Source: Leucoraja erinacea
Lineage: Eukaryota
Length of the DNA: 64,000 bases
NCBI RefSeq assembly: GCF_028641065.1
Contig: NC_073377.1
Span: 57,660,001-57,724,000 of the forward strand
Direction of reading: 5' to 3'
Under the pieces are notes generated by a model that worked only from the letters and a program-made list of their open reading frames with translations, did no database searches and was not told the DNA's origin. The position numbers were made by a program, and so were the translations under genes. Shown here in pieces: positions 34,424 to 45,805 of the stretch; within the stretch, counting starts at the first letter, position 1; each line of letters begins with the position of its first letter.

Positions 34424-34893
34424 CCATGTTCCCCTTCATCACTGATCAACTACAACAAAATAATATATAAATTATAACAATATTCCAATCATCATTGCTT
34501 CTAATTAACTTCAAAGCAAATTAAAGTTTAAAACATGTGCTTTTCTTAATTCATTAATTCCTTCAGTGCCTTTTCCTTTTTTTTAATATTCCATAATTTG
34601 AAACATCATATGGCAGTGGAATTCATTGTTCAAATAATCTGTGATTAATGTTTTTCCACACCTTCACATCATCTCACACATCTAAATGCATTACATTAAA
34701 ACCTATCAGCTTTCGTCTCGAGATTTTCTCTGATATGTCCTAACAGATGTTTCGTGGGATCCAGCAGAGCACATCATTGCAGCTTAAAAAGATGAATGTG
34801 CCATGTAAAATCCACTCTGAAACTGCCGAGCTAATCCTGACATAATGAACAAAAATGTCTTTGTTTTTCATTAACAGTTTAGTTTGTTATGAT

Positions 34894-35167
34894 AGACAAA
34901 AGTGCTGGAGAAGTTCAGCGGGTGAGGCCGCATCTATGGAGCAAAGGAAATAGGCAACGTTTCGGGTTGAAACCCTTCTTCAGAAGAAGTGTTTCGACCC
35001 GAAATGTTGCCTATTTCCTTTGCTGTATAGGTGCTGCCTGAAGGGATTCGACCCGAAACATTGCTTATTTACTTCGCTCCATTGATGCTGCCTCACCCGC
35101 TGAGTTTCCCCAGCATTTTTGTGTACCTTCGATTTTCCAGCATCTACAGTTCCTTCTTAAACATAAA
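34894..35167. mobile_element. Fold-back Penelope pLTR mini-element with 14-bp TSD
   Basis: TAGTTTGTTATGAT at 34880-34893 and 35168-35181. Palindrome centred near 34980; hammerhead-like cores on both strands. Confidence 0.85.
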
Positions 35168-35328
35168 TAGTTTGTTATGATGTTGTCAAGTAATGTATAG
35201 ATTTTATTTGTACACTAAGAACAATTTTTATTATATGCTGTCAATTTTTCAACTAATTATGCAGCAACCATTTTATACTTACAGAATGATCCTTCCCATT
35301 GAGAATAAAGAGACTTTTATTACAAACG

Positions 35329-35580
35329 ATAGACACAAAATGCTAGAGTAACGCAGCATGTCAGGCAACATCTCTGCAGAAAATGGATAGATTATGTTTC
35401 ATGACGAGACCACCCTTCTTCAGGCTGGAGGGGAAAAACAGGAAACTTGCTGCACCCTACTACAATCAGTCCCAAAACGAAGCATCACCTATCCATTTTC
35501 TGCAGAGATGCTGCCTGACCTGCTGAGTTACTCTAGCATTTTGAGTCTTTGGTATAAACCAGCATCTGCAGTTCCTTTTT
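35329..35580. mobile_element. Penelope inverted-pLTR mini-element, degenerate
   Basis: agacacaaaatgctagagtaac... pairs with ...gttactctagcattttgagtct. Confidence 0.75.
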
Positions 35581-35609
35581 ATTAGATTTCCATTATCATT
35601 TTATCTTGC

Positions 35610-36045
35610 AGGTAAGCCATTCCCAAATCCATATTTGGAACCGTTTAAATATTTGGAGTACGTTTGATGTGGATGAACAGGGATGTTGACTCCACTGAAG
35701 ATGGTCTAATCCAAGGCAAATTTGGACAAAAGAAACATTCCCTGATGGAGCCATAATTACCTGTGATATTTTTCGATTTGTGCTTTAAGACTCCTAAGAA
35801 TTGGAAATAGGCCATTCTAGGCAATTTGGTGATAAACTAACAGGAATGCCCAAGGATGCAAGGGAGAGGTCCACAACGTGTGCTAAGGTGTAATAGAAAT
35901 TGGCCCAGTAATCACCTGCATCCTCCTCAGAGTTGGCCATGAAGTATCTCAAATAGTAATTGTCTGTGCCCTGTTTTAAAGGTGTTGGAGTACAGCACTC
36001 CTGAAAAAAACTGGTATCATATACTTCAAAATCCATTTTCAACCT
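35610..36045 (-). mobile_element. Probable ancient L1/Tx1 ORF2 C-terminal fossil
   Basis: Shifting frames give GVLYSNTFKTGHRQLLFEILHGQL, DYWANFYYTLAHVV..IPVSLSPNCL and RFQIWIWEWL, resembling the L1 FKILH / FW..L..IP.SP..CL / F.KIW.PW motifs. Confidence 0.4.
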
Positions 36046-38162
36046 TTAAAGAGGTATAATAAGAGTATTTGCAAAGTGCCTGATCTAGAGAATCACTATT
36101 TAATCTGTTAATTTGTCATATGAAATGGCGTCATGCAATGAAGCATATAAGGAATGAATTTAATTTGCACTTCACTGTGTGATCATTATTGTACAGACCT
36201 GTTTCCTCTGTCATTTTCTTTTATATTAATAAACTTAGTCACATATTACTCCAAAGTTTGCATTGCATTGGAAGTAACACTTTTCACATCTGCTTAATGA
36301 TTATTAACTTCTAGCTAACAGCACCAAGCTATATCTCCTATGGTGTAAAGCTCAGCAAAGCCAAAACTGAACAAATGTACTGATCTGTGGGCAAAGGCTT
36401 TTTGAGAGCTGCATTCCTGTCTGATCTCAGATGGCCTGAAGTCAAGCCTCCTCTCATTCAGGCAGGAGACTGAGAGATGCCAGCCATCAAGATAATATTT
36501 CAATGCTTCATGTGAGAGCAGATTAAGAATATAATGAGTTCTCTTGTTGAACACTTGGGGTTTAATGGCATGCAGTTGGCCATTAATAACAACTTTCTCA
36601 ACTCCTGCCAGTTTGATGGAGCAGGCAGCTGTCACGGGAATGGCATTTTGTAAAATATGGAAAATTTTAAGCAAACATTTTTGCACTCCGATGTCACCCA
36701 ACATAAATGGGTGTCATGTTATGAAGTCAATTCCTTTTACCAGACGCTATAATGTTTGAGGATATTTATGAAGACCATAACGATAGCAACAGATTTACTC
36801 AAAAATGGCATCTTGTGAATTGTTCAGAACTGAGAAATAAAAATAAATTAATTTACCAGGCGTTGGATTAATATTAGGGTGGCATGGTGGATTCAAGGAG
36901 CTTGTTTTAGAGCAGCTGCCTCAGTTCAAATATTGCTCAGATTGCTCTAAGGAACATTAAATTCTGCAAAGTTACTGCAAAGAAACAGCACATTTGACCC
37001 AATAGTGTAGTGCACACCAATGTTTTGTTTTCCGCAAGCCAAATAATATTATTCAATTCTCCAGTTTGGTTCATGACCCTTCAAGAATCAGGTTTTCCAA
37101 ATTTTAAAAATAATTTGTAGACAATTCAATGATGTGTGACAAACACAATCTACATTCTCTGTGAAACCACTCTCTGTGAAACCTTTCCTTTCATTTTTTT
37201 TCGGAATTGGCATCTTTATACTTTCTCTTTCAAGACCGATGAAAATGATCCCTTGATAATAAAAAGAGAAAAATGCTGGAAATACTCAGAAGGTCAAGAG
37301 TGAATCCAAAAGAACATTTCAGGTTTTCTAGCTCTGATCAAAAGATATCAAGCTGAAATATTAAAGCTTGGAAAGTGGATCATAAAATATCTATTTGTTA
37401 AGCAATAACAAACTTGCATTTTCCACAGAATAAATCAGACAATTGTTAATTGCTAGGTGAAGTTGTACCATTTACTAAACTAAACTGGACACTTCTATGC
37501 ATGATTGATGTTCCCATGTCAGGCCATTTCCCAGGAGAGGTGCACTGGCCTCTAGTCACACACTGCGTGCTTCTGACAGCAATGACTTATGGAGACTTGA
37601 ATTCCAATTTACGATCTTTCCAGAACAGCCTCAATTACAATCAAAGTGCATTATGCTAGTTTATAACTTTTCCTGGTATTTAAATACAAACATCAATGAC
37701 ACTGGTCAGTGCAGTAGGCCGAATGGTATAGCTTCACAATTGACTACGGTCTATTTATACAGATTCCAAGCTTCACAACTTCACAGGTGTGCGTAAACCA
37801 GTAGTGGGTGCCCTTTCTAGAGCATTTTACAGCTGCAGTACTCACAATTTGTGTATCTGAGTAGGGACACTGTTGGCAGCAGGCCATTAGTGGAGTAATC
37901 AATATATTCATGGCTGTAGTGTGTGAATGAGGTGGGTGGTACAGATCATCAGGTCAGAGCCAACCCTCACTGGGTCTTCAATTCCTATCTGTAATTCTCT
38001 AAATTACAATGAGCTCTGGATTACAATGTTTTCATCATGGAGATATGACAATCTGCAGAAAGTCCTTTGTTTAGGCTCTTTTGCCTACACACATACTCTT
38101 TATGGTCATCAAGATCACATTAATCTAACTTCCTCACCACTGGAGATTTCTAAGTGGCCACA

Positions 38163-38425
38163 GGGGCGTCAGTGGCGTGCGGTAAAGTTGCTATCTTACA
38201 ACACCAGAGATCCTGCCTGCGGGTGCTGTCTGCATGGTGTTTGTATGTTCTCCCTGTGACTGCATGGGTTTTCTTCGAGTGCTTTGGTTTCCTCCCACAA
38301 TCCAAAGACGTGCAGGTTTGTAGGTTTGTAGGCTTCCATACATTGTCCATAGTGTGCAGGTTGGTGTGGACTCAATGGGCCGAAGGGACTGTTTCCACTC
38401 TGTATCTTTAAACTAAATTAAACAA
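38163..38425 (+). mobile_element. V-SINE (HE1-like)
   Basis: V-domain gtttgtatgttctccctgtgactgcatgggtt..ggtttcctcccac; tail gggccgaaggg. Confidence 0.85.
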
Positions 38426-38715
38426 AATACAACCAATTTCTGTAACATCTTATGAAGAAGTGATTTCACCTATTCTGCATTTGGTGAGAAACTGGTGCCA
38501 TCTTAGACACAAGGATTTATCATTGTTAAAGGCTTTGCACAAGAGAAACTCAGACTTTTCCATCAACAAGTTAGATTCTACTCCCTCCATGTGCAGCTTG
38601 CCATGCACCATGTGAAGAATATGGTGAATATCAGGAAGAACACATGACTCCATCATCCCAAGCGAGGTAGACAGCCATATATTTTCAGTGTCTTATGTTA
38701 CCCTGAGATGACATG

Positions 38716-40260
38716 CAGCAATGTTACAGAACTTAACTTCAGCGGCGCTGCAGTTCTGTCACTGGCCGTGTGTGCAACTTTGGCGCCTTTGAGGGGGGTG
38801 GGGGGCGGGATTAAAATGCAGTTTTCTCCTGCCTGTTGGAGGCGGATTTCCTCGGGCTGCTAACTGCTGAATCGATCCGACTTCCGTTCCCCATTTTTTT
38901 TTTTTTAATCGCGAGACAATTTAATAATTTGATTAAAATAAAAAGTGACTTCTAACGCCCTCAACACCTGCAACGTGACGGATCTCAAGAACGGGACAAA
39001 ACAAAGGGTAAGTCGTGTATTTTACATATAAACTTGCTTCTTGGGATGGCTTTACTATAATTTTACGTTGTGAAAATGTGATTTGGGCTCCATATAAACT
39101 GGCAGTGTTTTTCCTGCTGTGGGCTTCAAATTCACCGCAAATGCAACGTTCCAATCAATCGCGTTCCAGAAAAACCATTCGCATGATAATTTAAATGCTC
39201 TTTTTTTTGGACAATCATGTCATAAGAACATCTAAATCGTCTATATTTTGTGTTATTGTCTACCCATAGTCAATATTTTTAAACTAAATATCAGTTTTAG
39301 TCCCATGTATTGTGCAAAAAAATTAAAATGTCGATTATATTGAGTGGATGTTTCTAGATTAATTTATGGGAATTAAACATTAAACATTCCTTCCATCTGG
39401 CTTGTAAATTCATGACAGTGAGATTTAAAAATCATGTTATATTGTGAATTCTTGTGTGAATGGGATTAGTTTGTTATTTGGATACTTAGGCTATTTTTAA
39501 ATAAAAATCCTTCTTAAGAAATGGTAACTACAGGACATTCTTAATGAGAAAGTAGTGGCAGAAAGGCATGTCATGTAAGGTTTGAAGAGCAAAATGTTGT
39601 AGTTTATAATGCCAACATTAAAAAGTTGAGGAAAAACAAGGTGTACAGAGTTGCTTATTGGTTAGAATCTGAGGAGTATGATGATGCTACTGATTATGAT
39701 ATGCCAATGTACCAGCTAGCAACTGACCTTCTCCATAAAGACTTTGTCTATTGCTAGAATGTATTTACCTATCTGTTACAGACTTACAGCATATAATACA
39801 ATAATATTAAAGTCCTGATCTTGAGAATATCACATTTTTGAATTTTCAAGGCAGTCTGGGTGTTTATTACTATTTCCGTCAAAACGGTCAATTTTGTAAT
39901 TAACTACAATTAGGTAATTAACTAATTATATGCTTTAATTTCAGGTCATCCAGGAAAGATGTTTTATATTTGTTTCAGAATGCTTCAATCTACAACAATT
40001 GAAAATTTCATCCATTCTCTTAATTTTTAAGAAAGTTATGGGCTTTTGACTGTCCTCGATCACAGCTTTTGTGTTAAGTCAATGCAAAGACAATAGGGAA
40101 CATGATGCTAATTTCCGAGTATGAAAATTGCCATAACTGTTTTAATACTGAAGATATGAAAGTGAATTAGGTGTCAAATTAAAGTTCTTTTCATGTTTTA
40201 TCTGATGGGATAAATTGCAGACTTGATTTTTAAAATCTCAATAATGTTGTAACATTGCTA
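38716..40260. mobile_element. Non-autonomous TIR DNA transposon, superfamily uncertain
   Basis: Ends CAGCAATGTTACA / TGTAACATTGCTA; flanks TGACATG and AGACATG (7 bp, 1 mismatch). Confidence 0.7.
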
Positions 40261-40329
40261 AGACATGAAGGCAGAAGAGAATATTCCTGCTCAACCTCCA
40301 TATAATTATGTCCCAGCTGAACAGAAGGG

Positions 40330-41000
40330 AGGAAATATAAACATCAAGGGAACCTGATGGAGAGATGCTTGTCCTTAAGGAGCTTATAAAATAATAATTC
40401 CAGTATAATGTGCTGGAAAGCAGGCAAGGATAACCAGTTAATATTTTCAGCTCTTTTCACACCTGCACTAAATGAATACTACCCAGCTCCAATTACTTAA
40501 ATGGCCATGCTGTGATACTCCCAGTCAGAGGAACCTCAGTTAAATAAATCATCCATCGGTATAAAGTTTCACTTTCCTGTGCGGATCTTCACCCTGCAGG
40601 TGTAAGCATACCTACGAGGTCATACAACTTCTTTCTGCATTGATCTATTGTGCTGAGATTTTTATAGCCATCTTCTGTCAGGGTTTTCTTTGGGATGATG
40701 GGTCTCGTGGCACCGCCTGGTACAAAGGACTTTCCTCTTCCCATTTATGTGTAATTAAACAGGACTTTGTATGTCCTTTTACGTTGTTAGAGACTCCTCG
40801 CCCCACTTCCCAGAAGCCCATTATAGGCATAATGTGTGTTCCTTTTGCATGACTTTCATGAAATGTGCCATTAAGGGGCTGCCATTCTTTTCTGAATATT
40901 GTGCAGCAAAGTGGCAGGAACTGTGCAACATTGAGGGAGGTTCTGGCAGGTATTGCATATCCCATTTTAAGAAGCCACAGTGCTTTTTAATCACCCCAAC
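40330..41000 (-). mobile_element. Possible ancient Gypsy integrase fossil
   Basis: WEVGRGVSNNVKGHTKSCL..P..KP*QKMAI resembles WWPGMxxDVxxxVxxCxxC..PWQKVAID. Confidence 0.4.
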
Positions 41001-41214
41001 TCTGTTTCACACAGACTCTGGGACAATACTGAATGTTTTAGCTGGGGACCTGATTTGACATCAGAACTAAATACAGTAATGTTTCAACCCATCAAAACTA
41101 GACACAATCCAGTTTCTAGGCATAATTCCGTATATCTATAGATCCTACTTTACCAGAATCATGAGGATTTTCTGCATATTTTTCAGATTTTTGACATCTA
41201 TGTCTTTGTTTCAA

Positions 41215-43510
41215 CAGACAATAGACAATAGGTGCAGGAGTAGGCCATTCGGCCCTTCGAGCCAGCACCGCCATTCAATGTGACCATGGCTGATCATCCC
41301 CAATCAGTACCCAGTTCCTGCCTTCTCCCCATATCCCCTGACTCCACTATTTTAAAGAGCCCTATCCAGCTCTCTCTTGAAAGTATCCAGAGAACCAGCC
41401 TCCACTGCCCTCTGAGGCAGAGAATTCCACAGACTCAAAACTCTCTGTGAGAAAAAGTGTTTCCTCGTCTCCGTTCTAAATGGCTTACTCCTTATTCTTA
41501 AACTGTGGCCCCTGGTTCTGGACTGCCCCGACGTCAGGAACATGTTTCCTGCCTTTAGCGTGGCCAAATCTTTAACAATCTTATGTTTCAATAAGATCCC
41601 CTCTCATCCTTCTAAACTCCAGAGTGTACAAGCCCAGCCACTCCATTCTCTTAGCATATGACAGGCCCGCCATCCCGGGAATTAACATTGTAAACCTATG
41701 CTGCACTCCCTCAATAGCAAGAATGTCATTCCTCAAATTAGGGGACCAAAACTGCACACAATACTCCAGGTGTGGTCACACTGGGGCTCTGTACAACTGC
41801 AGAAGGACCTCTTTGCTCCTATACTTGATTCCTCTTGCTATAAAGGCCAACATGCCATTCGCTTTCTTCACTGCCTGCTGTACCTGCATGCTTACTTTCA
41901 TATCCTGATGAACAAGGACCCCAAGATCCCGTCGTACTTCCCCTTTTCCCAACATGACACCATTTAGATAGTAATCAGCCTTCCTGTTTTTGATACCAAA
42001 GTGGATAACCTCACATTTATCCACATTAAACTTCATCTGCCATTCATCTGCCCACTCCCCCAACCTGTCCAAGTCACCCTGCATTCACATAGCATCCTCC
42101 TCACAGTTCACACTGCCACCTAGCTTTGTGTCATCTGCAAATTTGCTAATGTTACTTTGAATCCCTTCATCCCAATCATTGATGTATATTGTAAATAGCT
42201 GCAGTCCCAGCACCGAGCCTTGTGATACCCCACTAGTCACTGTCTTCCATTCGGAAAGGGACCCGTTAATCCCTACTCTTTGTTTCCTGTCTGCCAACCA
42301 CTTCTCTATCCATGTCAGCACTCTACCCCAATACCATGTGCCCTAATTTTGCCCACTAATCTCCTATGCGGGACCTTATCAAATGCTTTCTGAAAGTCCA
42401 GGTACGCTACACCCACTGGCTCTCCCTTGTCCATTTTCCTAGTTACATCTTCAAAAAATTGCAGAAGATTAGTCAGGCATGATTTCCCCTTCGTAAATCC
42501 ATGCTGACTCGGACCGATCCTGTTACTGCTATCCAAATGTTCGGCTATCTCATCTTTTATAATTGACTCCAGCTTCTTCTCCACCACCCATGTCAGTCTA
42601 CCTGGTCTATAATTCCCTGTTCTCTCTCTCCTGCCTTTCTTAAAAAGTGGGATAACATTAGCTACCCTCCAATCCACAGGAACTGATCCTGAGCCTATAG
42701 AACATTGGAAAATTATCACCAATGCACCCACGATTTCTAGAGCCACTTCCTTAAAACCATCAAGCCCTGGGGATTTATCAGCCTTCAGTCCCATCAGTCT
42801 ACCCAACACCATTTCCCGCCTAATGTGGATTTTCTTCAGTTCCTCAGTCACTCGAGATCCTCGGGCCACTACTATATCTGGAAGATTGTTTGTGACCTCC
42901 TTAGTGAAGATGGATCCAAAGTATCTGTTTAACCTATCTGGCATTTGCTTGTTCCCCGTAGTAAATTCACCTATTTCAGTCTTCAAGTGTCCAACTTTGG
43001 TCTTAACTAATTTTTTCCTCTTCACATACCTAAAGAAGCTTTTACTATCCTCCTTTGTATTCTTGGCTAGCTTTACCTTCGTACCTCATCTTTTCTCCCC
43101 GTACTGTCCCCACCCCCTCGGCCCACCTGCCTGTCTTTTCAATAGGATGTATATCCTTGAATATTCAGTTCCCAGCCCTGGCCCTCTTGCAGCCATGTCT
43201 CTGTAATTCCCACAACATGATACTTGCCAATTTCCAACTGAGCCTCAAGTTCGTCCACTTTATTTCTTATACTTTGCGCATTCATATACAGCGCTTTGAC
43301 CTCTGTATTCACGTCCTCCCTCGCACCACTTGCAATTGGCCCTGACCTTACTATTTTATCCCTTCTCGAACTTTCTTTCCCATTAATTCGAGAATCTTTT
43401 GTAATTTTTCCTGTAGTCACTTCGCCTTCGACTCCATCTTTATACTCCCGATTTGTCAATCCCTCCCCCCTACTATTTAGTTTAAACCCACACGTGTAGC
43501 CCTAGCAAAC
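41215..43510 (-). mobile_element. CR1 LINE ORF2 (APE start, internal deletion, RT), frameshifted
   Basis: ALYMNAQSIRNK..GITETWL; LDFQKAFDKVPH; GVSQGSVLG; FADDTKLGG; (AGACAAT)n tail. Confidence 0.95.
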
Positions 43511-43541
43511 CCTACTGAAGATCAACACAAAAGGCTGGAGC

Positions 43542-43570
43542 CTGAAGAATGGTCTTGACCCGAAACGTCA
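43542..43570 (+). ncRNA. Minimal hammerhead ribozyme-like core in a Penelope pLTR fragment
   Basis: CTGAAGA-atGGTCttGACCc-GAAAC-GTCA, i.e. CUGANGA / helix II / GAAAC. The native helix I upstream appears truncated. Confidence 0.55.
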
Positions 43571-43861
43571 TCCATTCCTTCTCTCCAGAGCTGCTGCCAG
43601 CTTTTTGTGTCTCAAGAGTCAAGAGAGTTTATTGTCATATGTCCCAGATAGGACAATGAAATTCTTGCTTTGCATCAGTACAACGGAATAGTAGGCAAAA
43701 ATACATAACATATCATATCAGTGAGTCCATATACTATTATATAAATATATATACACATCAATAAATAAGCATATAATGTGCAAATAAACAGATAATGTCT
43801 ATCTGCAGAAATAAGAATTTGATTGTTGGTGACAGTGCATTTGACAATTAAATACTCTTGA

Positions 43862-45040
43862 AACATAGAAACATAGAAACATAGAAATTAGGTGCAGGAG
43901 TAGGCCATTCGGCCCTTCGAGCCTGCACCGCCATTCAATATGATCATGGCTGATCATCCAACTCAGTATCCCGTACCTGCCTTCTCTCCATACCCCCTGA
44001 TCCCCTTAGCCACAAGGGCCACATCTAACTCCCTCTTAAATATAGCCAATGAACTGGCCTCAACTACCCTCTATGGCAGAGAGTTCCAGAGATTCACCAC
44101 TCTCTGTGTGAAAAAAGTTCTTCTCATCTCGGTTTTAAAGAATTTCCCCCTTATCCTTAAGCTGTGACCCCTTGTCCTGGACTTCCCCAACATCGGGAAC
44201 AATCTTCCTGCATCTAGCCTGTCCAACCCCTTAAGAATTTTGTACGTTTCTATAAGATCCCCTCTCAATCTCCTAAATTCTAGAGAGTATAAACCAAGTC
44301 TATCCAGTCTTTCTTCATAAGACAGTCCTGCCATCCCAGGAATCAGTCTGGTGAACCGTCTCTGCACTCCCTCTATGGCAATAATGTCATTCCTCAGATT
44401 TGGAGACCAAAACTGTACGCAATACTCCAGGTGTAGTCTCACCAAGACCCTGTACAACTGCAGTAGAAACTCCCTGCTCCTATACTCAAATCCTTTTGCA
44501 ATGAAAGCTAACATACCATTCGCTTTCTTTACTGCCTGCTGCACCTGCATGGCTACCTTCAATGACTGGTGTACCATGACACCCAGGTCTCGCTGCATCT
44601 CCCCCTTTCCCAATCGGCCACCATTTAGATAATAGTCTGCTTTCCCGTTTTTGCCACCAAAATGGATAACCTCACATTTATCCACATTATACTGCATCTG
44701 CCAAACATTTGCCCACTCACCCAGCCTATCCAAGTCACCTTGCAGTCTCCTAGCATCCTCCTCACAGCTAACACTGCCCCCCAGCTTAGTGTCATCCACA
44801 AACTTGGAGATATTGCCTTCAATTCCCTCATCCAGATCATTAATATATATTGTAAATAGCTGGGGTCCCAGCACTGAGCCTTGCGGTACCCCACTAGTCA
44901 CTGCCTGCCATTGTGAAAAGGACCCGTTTACTCCTACTCTTTGCTTCCTGTTTGTCAGCCAGTTCTCTATCCACATCAATACTGAACCCCCAATGCCTTG
45001 TGCTTTAAGTTTGTATACTAATCTCTTATGTGAATCCTTG
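43862..45040 (-). mobile_element. Young 5'-truncated HER1/CR1
   Basis: Stop-free RT C-half of about 320 aa (GVPQGSVLGP, FVDDTK, ..VVNLWNSLP*); (CATAGAAA)3 tail. Confidence 0.96.
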
Positions 45041-45420
45041 GTGTGAAGGATAATATGGTCATTAATATCAAAGAATATGCACAGATCAAGGAATGTGAGA
45101 AAGAATAGTGCGTCACAGCTATAGCCAGTGAGGATGTCATTGCTTTGACTGGTAGGCGAAGAAATATAATTTGAGTCTGACAACAGCTTCAATGAAACTG
45201 CTGCACATTTTTTGATAGGAAGACTTGCCTTGAAAGACTTAAATCTACAAGACAAATATGGTGCTGAATTGTCAAGTTTTCTTGGAGCATTCACTGCATG
45301 AGTGATGCCTATTATACAGTAGAGGTACATTTCCAAAGCTGGAGTGAAAGCATCTAATTGAGTCAGTGATGGAAACTGTATTCTTCGCTTGGTTCTTTCC
45401 AATCTGATCTGGGAAAGATA
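45041..45420 (-). mobile_element. Ancient L2-clade RT remnant
   Basis: QSNDILTGYSCDALFFLTFLDLCIFFDINDHIILH resembles L2 NDILxxxDxGxxxxLVLLDLSAAFDTVDHxILL. Confidence 0.55.
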
Positions 45421-45805
45421 ATGCTGTCAGTTGCCACTGCGATGGATATCTGCTCCATTTTCCAGCAGTAATATTGTTCATTCTATGCAAAGAACTGTCA
45501 AAACAAATGAATGCAAAGAATATCCAGCGATGTGAAGAACAGGAAATGATGTTTGATGAGTAACAGGTATCCAAGAGGAAAGTTTCCCCACACTAGATCA
45601 TCTTGCTTCAACTTGTAATTTTTTTGTACATTAGAAAATGTGCCTCAGATGAGTTGAGCAGATCACCTGGGCCAAAGTAACAGATGGTACAGAAAGAAGA
45701 GAAACATCCAATCATAGAAGTTTACAAAATTAAAGAAGATAATTTGCACATTGTGGTTTTGTTCATTATTCACTAGAACCATCCAAAACCAAGCCCAGAG
45801 CAAGT

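Noticed and set aside
35794-36042. 82-aa ORF as a host exon or hepadnavirus/DIRS RT piece (SLGIP..FLGV)
   Set aside because: No YxDD motif. Motifs in alternating frames fit a decayed L1 C-terminus better.
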